From positions 1-64,000 of IMG/VR virus record IMGVR_UViG_2932189381_000001: 64,000 bases of DNA. One strand, given 5' to 3'. Shown in pieces: positions 55,771-64,000 of this stretch (positions within the stretch are counted from its first letter, which is position 1; each line of letters opens with the position of its first letter). The position numbers were made by a program, and so were the translations under genes. Under the pieces are notes generated by a model that was given only the letters and a program-made list of their open reading frames with translations, was not told where the DNA came from and made no database searches. The DNA is from a virus. Its lineage: Duplodnaviria > Caudoviricetes.

Positions 55771-55971
55771 ATGAACGCAGCCCTGCAGCTCTGCTACCAG
55801 TACATCCCCAGCTTCAAGCGCGAGTCTGGTGGCATCTACCAGATCTACACCGCCATCTACTCGCGGATCTACGCCAAGCGCATGCGGCACCTGCACCGAC
55901 ACGGGCGGCATGCCGTACAGCATGGACTCGACCCGCGCTGCTCATGGTGCGGCGCCACACCGGAGAGGTGA
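55771..55971 (+). CDS. Hypothetical protein
   Basis: Preceded by GGCCCGCGCT-ATG; RCSWCG. Confidence 0.5.
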   Translation: MNAALQLCYQYIPSFKRESGGIYQIYTAIYSRIYAKRMRHLHRHGRHAVQHGLDPRCSWCGATPER

Positions 55972-56189
55972 TCGTGCCCGCCTACCTGATCGTTCACCCG
56001 CGTGAGCAGCGGCGTGAAGACGTCCTCGTTGAAGACCCCGCCCTCACCCTCACCGTCACCGACGGATGGGCCGTCTTCTCCGACCAGCACGGCATCTGCC
56101 TCGCCATCCCCGCCGGACTTGGAGCACAGATCCAGCGGGTAGACGAAGAACAAGCCCCCGACCAGGAGCCCGCGCCGCAGAAGGAGTGA
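55968..56189 (+). CDS. Hypothetical protein
   Basis: RBS GGAGAGG. Confidence 0.55.
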   Translation: MIVPAYLIVHPREQRREDVLVEDPALTLTVTDGWAVFSDQHGICLAIPAGLGAQIQRVDEEQAPDQEPAPQKE

Positions 56190-56195
56190 GAACTG

Positions 56196-56434
56196 TGGCA
56201 AGCAAGGGACGAGGAAGCCGGGGCAACGCAGCCTCGCTGCGCGCCTACTGGACGACCGGGCGAGGCGGGACAACCAAGGTGCGCTGGAATCAGGCAGGCG
56301 ACCACCGAAGGTGCACACGCGCCCTGCGCAAGTACCTCGGCAGCCGGGCGCCGGCCTACTGCGCATCCCTGCACCGGCAGATGACTGGAGTCTGGCCCGG
56401 CGACCGCCGCAACGTCGGCCGGCGCAGCAGGTGA
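56196..56434 (+). CDS. Basic hypothetical protein
   Basis: LRAYWTTG.G..KVRW..GD..RC...L.KY....YCA.LH...TG.WPG. Confidence 0.6.
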
Positions 56435-56607
56435 CCCACACGCTTCACGTCACCCCGGTCGGCGACCTGGTCAGCCACGACACCAGCACCGCCGAACCCG
56501 ACTGCGTGTGCGGACCAGAGGTCAGGCCAACCACTCGCGATGATGGGTCGATCGGCTGGCTGCTGCTACACCACTCCCTCGACGGCAGGGAGCAGGCAGG
56601 AGGGTAG
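56431..56607 (+). CDS. Hypothetical protein
   Basis: HVTPVGD...CVCGP...HHSLDGRE. Confidence 0.6.
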   Translation: MTHTLHVTPVGDLVSHDTSTAEPDCVCGPEVRPTTRDDGSIGWLLLHHSLDGREQAGG

Positions 56608-57061
56608 GCGCCAGCCGTGCCTGCCCATGCCGCCCGACCCAGGGTGCGCGGCCGGGCGCGGCACGGCAGGCAGGCGCGGCGAGGCTGGTCATGTGGTCAT
56701 GGTCGATGTCGTGACTGTCGACTTGATCGATGTGATGCTCGAACCGAATGAATCGATCTTGTTCGGTTCGGTCGAGCCGGCTGAGCGAGGAGCCAGGGCT
56801 GGCCGGCTCCGGGATCACCCCGATGATCAAGGCCTGAGTGATCATCCCGACCAAGATCACCCTGGGGGGTTACCCCATGATCCACTTCGTTGGGGGATCG
56901 GGGCCGTATAGCACCTGACCCCGTGTACGGGTTCCCAAGGCTCCTGACCTGCGGAGATGTCGAGACGCTCGATGGCCGGCCTGTCGTACTGACTGTCGCG
57001 GATCGGTAACAGTGCTGGTCAGGCCGCTATAGCCGTGACCGGTAGTCGCTAGACTAGTCGC

Positions 57062-57700
57062 ATGACGTCGACCGCCGTAGCCCGCTGCAAGGAGTGCGAG
57101 CAGTGCGCCGGCCCGATGCCGCTGATGGCGCGGGCTGATGCACGCTTCTGCGGTGCGACCTGCAGGAAGCGTGCGAGTCGAACCCGGATCGCGCAGCGAC
57201 AGCAGCAGGTGACGTCCGAGCAAGCGGCCCGCATTCCCGCCGAGTTGACGTCTCGTCCTCGCTGGGTGCGGCACAAGGACAAGGTGCCGATGCGCACCGA
57301 CGGCCGTTTCGCCTCGGTGAACGACCCGTCGTCCTGGTCGGACTTTGCCGCGGCGTCCTCGTCGCAGACTGGCGACGGTGTCGGCTTCGTCTTGACGGCC
57401 GGCGACGGCATCGTCGTCATCGACTTGGACCACGCTGTCGAGGACGGCCGGGTCCTGCCGTGGGCGCAGGCCATCGTCGACCAGCTGCCGCCGACGTACA
57501 TGGAGCGGGGCCGGTCCGGCACCGGCCTGCATCTGTGGTTCCGCGGTGCGGTCCCAGCTGGCCGGCGTATCCGGCGGGGGGAGTTGGCGGTCGAGGTGTA
57601 CTCGGATCGCCGCTACATGATTGTGGGCGACCGGGTTTCTGGTACGCCGCTTGAGCTTGCCGTGCTGCCTGACGTAGCCGGTTTGATCGCTTCGCTCTGA
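57062..57700 (+). CDS. Stand-alone primase-polymerase (NrS-1-like prim-pol) domain with N-terminal zinc finger
   Basis: CEQC...ARFCGATCR; IPAEL..RPRWV..KVP...ASVNDPSSW..F; GVGFVL, IDLDH, E.GRSGTGLHLW, EVY..RY. Confidence 0.75.
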   Translation: MTSTAVARCKECEQCAGPMPLMARADARFCGATCRKRASRTRIAQRQQQVTSEQAARIPAELTSRPRWVRHKDKVPMRTDGRFASVNDPSSWSDFAAASSSQTGDGVGFVLTAGDGIVVIDLDHAVEDGRVLPWAQAIVDQLPPTYMERGRSGTGLHLWFRGAVPAGRRIRRGELAVEVYSDRRYMIVGDRVSGTPLELAVLPDVAGLIASL

Positions 57701-57783
57701 CGCCCTGGCGGCGTCCTGGGCGGGCGTTGTTGTTTTCAGCCCTCTATGCGCCCTGGTGGCGTGCTCTGACCCTGGAGGTCGTC

Positions 57784-58221
57784 ATGGGCGTGCATGGACC
57801 GATCCCGAAGCGCAGTGAGGAGCGTCGTCGTCGGAACAAGGACGACGGACCCGAGCTGGTGCAGGCCCCTTCGGGGGCGCCTGAGGATCTTCCGGAGCTC
57901 CCCGAGCCCGATCCACTGTGGCATCCGATTGCCGCCGACTGGTACCTGTCCCTGCGGGAGTCGGGTCAGGCTGCGTTCTATCAGCCGTCGGACTGGGCTG
58001 TTGCCCGGTACGTGGCGGAGTTGATGTCCCGCGGCCTGTCGTCGGACCGGCCGCCGAACGGTCAGTACGTGGCCGCCCTCAACAGCGCTATGTCGTCGCT
58101 GCTGACGACGGAGGGCGACCGCCGCCGGGCCCGTATGGAACTGGAGCGGAAGAAGCCTGCCGGAACGAGGCTGGCGTCGGTGAGCCCGCTGGACTCCTAC
58201 CGTGACATCGCAGGCGGCTGA
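57784..58221 (+). CDS. terS: Terminase small subunit
   Basis: GPIPKRSEERRRRNK...WHPIA..WY.SL.ESGQ..FYQPSDW...LLTTEGDRRR. Confidence 0.85.
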   Translation: MGVHGPIPKRSEERRRRNKDDGPELVQAPSGAPEDLPELPEPDPLWHPIAADWYLSLRESGQAAFYQPSDWAVARYVAELMSRGLSSDRPPNGQYVAALNSAMSSLLTTEGDRRRARMELERKKPAGTRLASVSPLDSYRDIAGG

Positions 58222-58260
58222 TCCGCTTCTACACGTAGCTAACGCGGGTTCCGATAGACT

Positions 58261-58758
58261 GTGCCTGTGTTGGTAACGTGTGAAGTGGATGACTGTCAGG
58301 GGGCCGTGGTCGCCCGCAAGATGTGCCGCAAGCACTACGTGGCCTGGTATCGGCGTCGGGATGACGGACCGCGCTGCAACGCCTCCGACTGCAGTCAGCC
58401 GACTTACTCGAATGGCTACTGCGCCAAGCACTGGAACCGGATAAGGCGGCACGGGTCGCCGGACATTACTCTGCGTCGGCATGGGCTGCAGCGCCGTATC
58501 AACGCATACGGGTACGCGTTGATACGGCGGTCGGATCACCCAGAGCAGGTGCGCGGTTGGGTGCCTGAGCACCGACTGGTGATGGAGGAGAAGCTCGGCC
58601 GCCCGCTGCTCCCCGGGGAGAACGTCCATCACCGCAATGGTGTGAAAGACGACAACCGGCCTGAGAACCTCGAACTCTGGGTGACCGCGCAACCCGCCGG
58701 TCAGCGACCGGAGGATCTTGTCGAATGGGCAAAGGAGATCCTTCGCCGATACGGATGA
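58261..58758 (+). CDS. HNH homing endonuclease between terS and terL
   Basis: [38 protein letters not shown]; start may be GTG 58267 (TAGACT -10 box). Confidence 0.88.
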   Translation: MPVLVTCEVDDCQGAVVARKMCRKHYVAWYRRRDDGPRCNASDCSQPTYSNGYCAKHWNRIRRHGSPDITLRRHGLQRRINAYGYALIRRSDHPEQVRGWVPEHRLVMEEKLGRPLLPGENVHHRNGVKDDNRPENLELWVTAQPAGQRPEDLVEWAKEILRRYG

Positions 58759-58773
58759 GCGGCTGGGGGTGCG

Positions 58774-60525
58774 ATGCCTGTCGCCACCGCCGAGCCCGAA
58801 GTCCCAGAGAAGGTAGAGCCGTTCACGTTGGGGCCCACCTGGAAGAGGGGGCAAGACGGTCGGTTCATTCTTCCCGAGTACACCCTCGGTTGGCACGCTC
58901 TTGCTTGGACGTCGACGTACCTGCAGCACTACGCAGGAAGCCCCTGGCGATACACCCCTGAACAAGCGCGTTTGACCCTTTGGTGGTACGCGATGGACCC
59001 GGAGACGAACCGGTTCCTGTGGCGTGACGGTGTGATCCAACGCTTGAAGGGCTGGGGCAAGGACCCGGTCGTGGCGTCGTGGGGAGCGTTCGAGTTTGTC
59101 GGCCCGTGCCGGTTCGGCGAGGTCGCCGACGAGGGCAATGAGTGGGGGGTCCCTGCCGGTCAGCCTCTGGGTGTGCAGCATCCGGCGGCGTGGGTGCAGA
59201 TGGCGGCGGTCAGCCAGGACCAGACCCGCAACACGATGACCATTTTCCCGAGCTTGCTGAGTAAGCGGGCGATCGAGGAGTACCGCATCGACCTCGGCAA
59301 GGAGATCATCTATGCCGACAAGGGGCGGGCCCGGATCGAAGCCGTGACGTCGTCACCACGCGCTCTGGAGGGTGGCCGGCCGACGGCCACCTACCCCAAC
59401 GAGACGCACCACTGGCTGGAGTCGAACCAGGGCCACGAGATGGACGCCGTGATCGAGCGCAATGCAACGAAGTCGGCGGACGGTCAGTCCCGCACGCTAG
59501 CGATCACGAATGCGTTCGAGCCGGGCGAGGACTCGGTGGCAGAGCGCGCCCGTGACGCCTATGAAGCGATGGAAGCCGGTCGGGTCGCGGACACGGGCCT
59601 GTTCTACGACACGCTGGAGGCTCCGCCTGAGGCGAAGCTGACGGAGGCGTGGATCGAGCCGACGCTCAGGGCGGTACGCGGGGACTCGACGTGGCTGGAC
59701 ATCAGCCGGCTGAAGGCGTCGATTCTGGACCCGCGGAACCCTCCGAGCCGCAGTCGGCGCTTCTGGTACAACCAGATCGTCGCTGCTGAGGACGCGTGGA
59801 TGGCCCGCTACGAGTGGGACGCCTGCAAGCGCGAAGGCGTGCAGTTGGCCGACAGTGACGAGGTCGTCCTGTTCTTCGACGGCTCCAAGTCCGACGACGC
59901 GACAGGGCTGTGCGCCTGCCGTATGTCGGACGGTCTCGTGACCGCTCTGGGTGTGTGGCAGAAGCCTGCGAACTGGCCAGCGCCGAACACGCCGGGGTTC
60001 GTGCCGTACCAGATCCCGCGGGATGAGGTGCACGGCATGGTGGAGAATGCGTTCGCCCGGTACCGGGTGCTGGCGTTCTTCGCGGACCCGGGCTCGGGCC
60101 AGGGCGATGACGGCGAGATGTACTGGGATTCCTTCATCGACCTGTGGGGTCAGACGTGGGGGGCGAAGTTGGCTCTCCGGTCGGTGCTGGCGGGTCCGAA
60201 GGCGCATGCGGTGCGTTGGGACATGCGTGACTCGCGGAATCAGGAGACGTTCACGGAGGCCGTGAAGCGCACCCACGCGGACGTGCTGGAGCGGACGCTC
60301 ATCCATGACGGGCACAAGGTGCTCCGCACCCACGTGATCAACGCGCGCCGCCGGACGAATCGTTGGGGGATCACGATCGGCAAGGAGCACCGTGAGTCCG
60401 CCCGAAAGATCGACCTCGCCATCTGCATGGTCGGGGCGCGGATGCTGCGCCGGATGATCCTCAACTCACCGAAGCGACCCAAGAAGCGCACGCCGGGCAA
60501 GGGGAGGGTGGTGGTGCTGCGATGA
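58774..60525 (+). CDS. terL: Terminase large subunit
   Basis: QRLKGWGKDP Walker A, AAVSQDQT, NETHHW, FFDGSKSDDAT nuclease, KID. Confidence 0.95.
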   Translation: MPVATAEPEVPEKVEPFTLGPTWKRGQDGRFILPEYTLGWHALAWTSTYLQHYAGSPWRYTPEQARLTLWWYAMDPETNRFLWRDGVIQRLKGWGKDPVVASWGAFEFVGPCRFGEVADEGNEWGVPAGQPLGVQHPAAWVQMAAVSQDQTRNTMTIFPSLLSKRAIEEYRIDLGKEIIYADKGRARIEAVTSSPRALEGGRPTATYPNETHHWLESNQGHEMDAVIERNATKSADGQSRTLAITNAFEPGEDSVAERARDAYEAMEAGRVADTGLFYDTLEAPPEAKLTEAWIEPTLRAVRGDSTWLDISRLKASILDPRNPPSRSRRFWYNQIVAAEDAWMARYEWDACKREGVQLADSDEVVLFFDGSKSDDATGLCACRMSDGLVTALGVWQKPANWPAPNTPGFVPYQIPRDEVHGMVENAFARYRVLAFFADPGSGQGDDGEMYWDSFIDLWGQTWGAKLALRSVLAGPKAHAVRWDMRDSRNQETFTEAVKRTHADVLERTLIHDGHKVLRTHVINARRRTNRWGITIGKEHRESARKIDLAICMVGARMLRRMILNSPKRPKKRTPGKGRVVVLR

Positions 60526-61988
60526 CCCTGTCCATCCCTGAGCTGCCGCTGGTGACGCTGTCGGATGACGAGCTGGCCCTGGTGCAGATGCTGCGGGCGG
60601 ACATGCTGCGGGACCGGTGGGCGCTCCAACTGCGGGACGCCTACTTCAACGGCGAACAGTTGGTCCGCGACCTCGGCATATCGATCCCGCCGCAGCTCAA
60701 GGGCTTGCACACGGTCATCGGCTGGCCGCGCGTGGGCATCGAAAGCCTGGAGGAGCGCCTCGACCTGGAGGCGTTCCGGTGGGCGGACGGCGCGGACTCT
60801 GCGGAGCTGTCGGAGATCGCCGAGGCGAACGACCTCTTCGACGAGTCGAGCCTCGCCCACTTGGATGCGCTGGTGTACGGCCGGGAGTATCTGGCGGTCG
60901 GCTCGGGGGATTGCGATGGGGAGTGCCCACCGCTGATCTCTGCCGAGTCGCCGCTGGACATGACCCTCATGTGGGACGCCCGCTTGCGGATGGGTACGGC
61001 GGCCCTCCGGGAGTGCGCGGCAGACAGCTACATCGAGTCCGGTCCCGAGGAGCGGATGCTGGTCCTGTATCTGCCGGATCAGACGGTGATGTGCCTGCCG
61101 TCGGAGGGCGGCGGGTGGGAGGTCGTCGACCGCGACATGCACAACCTCGGGGTCGTGCCGGTCGTCAGGATGGCGAACCGCCAGCGCACCGCGGACCGGG
61201 TCGGAAAGTCGGAGATCACCCCGGAGGTCATGTCCATCACGGACGCTGCATGCCGGCGCTTGATGGGCATGGAGGTCGCCGCGGAGTTCTTCGGCGCTCC
61301 GCAGCGGTACATCCTCGGCGCCTCCGAGTCGGCGTTCCAGGACGCGGACGGTACGGCGAAGTCGGCGTGGGAGACGTACATCGGGCGTGTCCTGGCGTTG
61401 GAGCGGGACGAGGACGGCCAGGTCCCGTCGGTGGGCCAGTTCGCGGCTCATGACCCGACCGGCATGACGAAGATCATTGACCTGTATGCGCGGATCATGT
61501 CCAGCCAGTTTGGTCTGCCGCCGCACATGCTCGGCTACACCACCGACAACCCTGCCTCCGCAGATGCCATCCGGTCCACCGAGGCGAAGCTCGTCAAACG
61601 CTCCGAGCGGCGGATCCGCCGCTTCGGCAAGGCCTGGCAGGACGCTATGCGTCTCGCCCTGTGGGTGCGGGACGGCGAACCTCCGGACAAGACGCGGCGG
61701 ATCGAGACGGTGTGGCGGAACCCGGCGACACCGACGGTGGCCGCCCAGGTGGACGCCACGGTCAAGCTAGTCCAGGCCGGTGTCCTGCCTGCCGACTCGG
61801 ACGTCACGCTGGAGATGGCCGGCTTCACCGAGGCGCAGCGGCAGAGGATCGCCGTGGATCGGCGCCGCACCGCTGGCCGGGCCGGGAGCAGTGCGCTGAT
61901 GGATCGCCTCGCCGAGATCGGCGCGGGCGCCGACAGTGCGAGCACGGAGCCGTCGGAGGCCAGCCTTGGCATCGACGACCTCGGATAG
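60522..61988 (+). CDS. Portal protein (SPP1 Gp6-like)
   Basis: Follows terL; VIGWPR, ALVYG, GVVPVV, G.SEI, AEFFGAPQR, NPASADAI. Confidence 0.92.
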   Translation: MTLSIPELPLVTLSDDELALVQMLRADMLRDRWALQLRDAYFNGEQLVRDLGISIPPQLKGLHTVIGWPRVGIESLEERLDLEAFRWADGADSAELSEIAEANDLFDESSLAHLDALVYGREYLAVGSGDCDGECPPLISAESPLDMTLMWDARLRMGTAALRECAADSYIESGPEERMLVLYLPDQTVMCLPSEGGGWEVVDRDMHNLGVVPVVRMANRQRTADRVGKSEITPEVMSITDAACRRLMGMEVAAEFFGAPQRYILGASESAFQDADGTAKSAWETYIGRVLALERDEDGQVPSVGQFAAHDPTGMTKIIDLYARIMSSQFGLPPHMLGYTTDNPASADAIRSTEAKLVKRSERRIRRFGKAWQDAMRLALWVRDGEPPDKTRRIETVWRNPATPTVAAQVDATVKLVQAGVLPADSDVTLEMAGFTEAQRQRIAVDRRRTAGRAGSSALMDRLAEIGAGADSASTEPSEASLGIDDLG

Positions 61989-62781
61989 CTCGGCTGGTGC
62001 AGCACGCTGGCGGGCCGCGCAACTGGGCCTGACCACACTGCTGCTGCGTGACCTTCGAGGGTTCCGGCGCCTGATCAGCCCTGGCCGTCTGCAGGCGACG
62101 GTGCCGTCGTGGGTCGAGGCGGTGGCCGAGCTGGTGGGCCGCTACTCGGAGGTGTCCGCGACGCTCGCCGCGGACTTCTACGACGGTGAGCGGGAGGCGG
62201 CCGAGGTGCCGGGGACATTTACGGTGCCTCTGGCGGATCCGCCGCCGGAGGAGCAGGTCGACGCGTCGCTGCAGTGGGCCACGAAGGACGCGTGGGACCG
62301 TGACGCGGAGGCGGCGACGGCCGTGCAGTTGGAGCCGCTCGACGTCCGTTTGGATGCCGCGTTCGTCAAGGCGGACATGGCGACGCAGAAGCTCGTGGCT
62401 GATGTGGGCCGTGAGACGGTGCGGCAGGCGGTCCGGCAGGATCGGCAGGCTGTGGCGTATGCCCGGGTGGCAGCGCTCGGAGCCTGCTTCTTCTGCAAGC
62501 TCATGGCTTCCCGCGGTTCGGTTTATGCCACGGCAGAGACTGCTGGTCGGGATGCGAATGACCGGTTCTCCGGTGATGCGTCGGTGGTGAAGTTCCACAA
62601 CAACTGCCACTGCGGGATCCTCCCGGTGTTCCGGGGGCAGCGGTTTGAGCTGTCGCCGCATGCGGCGGAGTGGGATCGCATCTACCGCGAGTACGCCCAA
62701 GGCCATCCGGGAGACCAGCTCCGCCTCTTCCGGCGGGCACTGGCCGAGCACGATCAGAACCCTCTCCCCGGATCCAACTGA
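61966..62781 (+). CDS. MuF/VG15-like minor head or capsid maturation protein
   Basis: YARV...ACFFCKLMASRG.VY...FHNNCHC. Confidence 0.8.
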   Translation: MASTTSDSSAGAARWRAAQLGLTTLLLRDLRGFRRLISPGRLQATVPSWVEAVAELVGRYSEVSATLAADFYDGEREAAEVPGTFTVPLADPPPEEQVDASLQWATKDAWDRDAEAATAVQLEPLDVRLDAAFVKADMATQKLVADVGRETVRQAVRQDRQAVAYARVAALGACFFCKLMASRGSVYATAETAGRDANDRFSGDASVVKFHNNCHCGILPVFRGQRFELSPHAAEWDRIYREYAQGHPGDQLRLFRRALAEHDQNPLPGSN

Positions 62782-62843
62782 TCAACGGGCCGCCCTGGTG
62801 GCGGCCTTCCTCATTTCGACAGCCCCTGGAGGGCCGATTCGTC

Positions 62844-63479
62844 ATGCCCGAAGAGACCGAGACGACCGAGCAGCAGGACACCGGTACCGAGGGAGTCGTC
62901 GAGGAGACGGCGACCGAGGAGAACGGCACCGAGCAGCAGGACGACACCCAGGCGGCGGAGTCCGGCGGCAAGCAGGAGGAGCCGTTCGACCGGAAGAAGT
63001 TCGAGGCCGAGCTGCGTAAGAAGAACAGCGAGGCCGCGAACCTCCGTAAGCGTCTGAAGGAGTTGGAGCCGGCGGCTGCCGAGCTGCAGCGCATCAAGGA
63101 CGCGGAGAAGTCAGAGTCCGAGCGTCTCAACGACCAGTTGGAACGCGCTCAGGAGCAGGTGGCCAAGACGCGTCAACGGCTGGTGCGCACACAGGTGCAG
63201 GCGCTGGCCATGACCGGGTTCGCGGACCCGGAGGACGCGGTCGGCGCTCTGGAACTCGACTCGTACATCGACTCTGACGGCGACATCGACGAGGCGGCCA
63301 TCAAGGCGGACCTCGAAGCGCTCTTGGAGCGCAAGCCGCACTGGGCGAAATCCCAGCCCCAGGAGGGCCCGCGGCGTCCCGCACCGGATCGCACTCAGGC
63401 GTCCGGCGCCAACAAGACAAGGCCCCCCGCCCCGGGCGACGAATTCGCCGGGTGGCTGACACCGCAGCTCAAGCAGTAG
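62844..63479 (+). CDS. Head scaffolding protein
   Basis: Acidic N-terminus, coiled coil, FADPEDA, LLERKPH, P.PD..Q.SG. Confidence 0.85.
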   Translation: MPEETETTEQQDTGTEGVVEETATEENGTEQQDDTQAAESGGKQEEPFDRKKFEAELRKKNSEAANLRKRLKELEPAAAELQRIKDAEKSESERLNDQLERAQEQVAKTRQRLVRTQVQALAMTGFADPEDAVGALELDSYIDSDGDIDEAAIKADLEALLERKPHWAKSQPQEGPRRPAPDRTQASGANKTRPPAPGDEFAGWLTPQLKQ

Positions 63480-63500
63480 CTGCGGAGAAGGAAGGACCCC

Positions 63501-64000
63501 ATGGCTACGGCCCCGATCAAGCTGTCCGATGTCAACGCTTCGCTGCTCCCGCGGACCCTCGCGGGACCGATCTTCGAGAAGAGCGTGGAGCAGTCCGCGG
63601 TGATGGCGCTGGCGCGCCGTGCGCCGCTGGCGATCGACGCCACCACGTCGGTGCCGATCCCGATGGACGTGCCGACCGCGGACTGGGTCGGGCAGGCGGC
63701 GCGTAAGCCGCTGTCGTCCGGGAGCGTCGGCGTCAAGGAGATGACGGCGAAGAAGCTCGCCGTCCTGATCCCGGTCGCCGAGGAGGTCGTCATGACCAAC
63801 GCGGGCGGCCTGTGGACGCAGCTGCAGACCGACCTGCCGACCGCGTTCGCGAGGGCGTTCGACCATGCGGCGATCCACGGCAAGACGATGAAGGGCGCGG
63901 TCGGCCCCTTCGCCGATTACATGGCGATGACCAGCAACGCGGTGGCGCTGGGCACGAAGACGCAGGCGCAGGGCGGCATCTGGGCCGACCTGGTGACCGG
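63501..64000 (+). CDS. Major capsid protein (5' part, runs off window)
   Basis: LLPRTLAGPIFEKSVEQSAVMALAR...ADWVGQ...KKLAVLIPVAEE, HK97-type N-terminus. Confidence 0.88.
   Translation, partial: MATAPIKLSDVNASLLPRTLAGPIFEKSVEQSAVMALARRAPLAIDATTSVPIPMDVPTADWVGQAARKPLSSGSVGVKEMTAKKLAVLIPVAEEVVMTNAGGLWTQLQTDLPTAFARAFDHAAIHGKTMKGAVGPFADYMAMTSNAVALGTKTQAQGGIWADLVT

Larger units (their letters stand above)
1..60000. mobile_element. Temperate siphovirus/prophage of a Streptomyces-like host (continues beyond both window ends)
   Basis: Repressor/cro switch, recombination, replication, terminase-portal-scaffold-capsid module; dense overlapping GTGA/ATGA gene junctions. Confidence 0.95.

Overview
High-GC actinobacterial DNA (Streptomyces-like) that reads as one large temperate siphovirus/prophage. 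From left to right: (1) the edge of a leftward gene starting at nt 11, probably the integrase, plus the immunity switch (XRE repressor, Cro, Xis-like). (2) A long rightward early region with RecE/RecT-like recombination genes, WhiB, a TcmP-HNH-ParB/DUF5131 cassette, a replication initiator with internal iterons, a helicase-loader-like gene and a C5 DNA methyltransferase. (3) A leftward autoregulated operon next to a cas-less type I-E-like CRISPR mini-array. (4) An embedded Streptomyces plasmid/AICE-type conjugation module (KorSA-like GntR, Xis-like, Pra/Spd-like, TraB and clt-like repeats) with a second Rep but no integrase. (5) More small accessory genes, a late-control region and fibre/NlpC-P60 virion genes. 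(6) HNH genes, terS, terL, portal, MuF/VG15-like, scaffold and the start of the major capsid gene. Most notable: the mini-array (four 29-nt repeats; spacers of 32, 20 and 20 nt) sits behind a RecA-NDp/PafBC-like DNA-damage promoter, and the same promoter motif recurs before the integrase-side gene and the late regulator. The TraB/clt module suggests a prophage that can also spread by conjugation. All family calls come from motif recognition by eye; no database searches were run.
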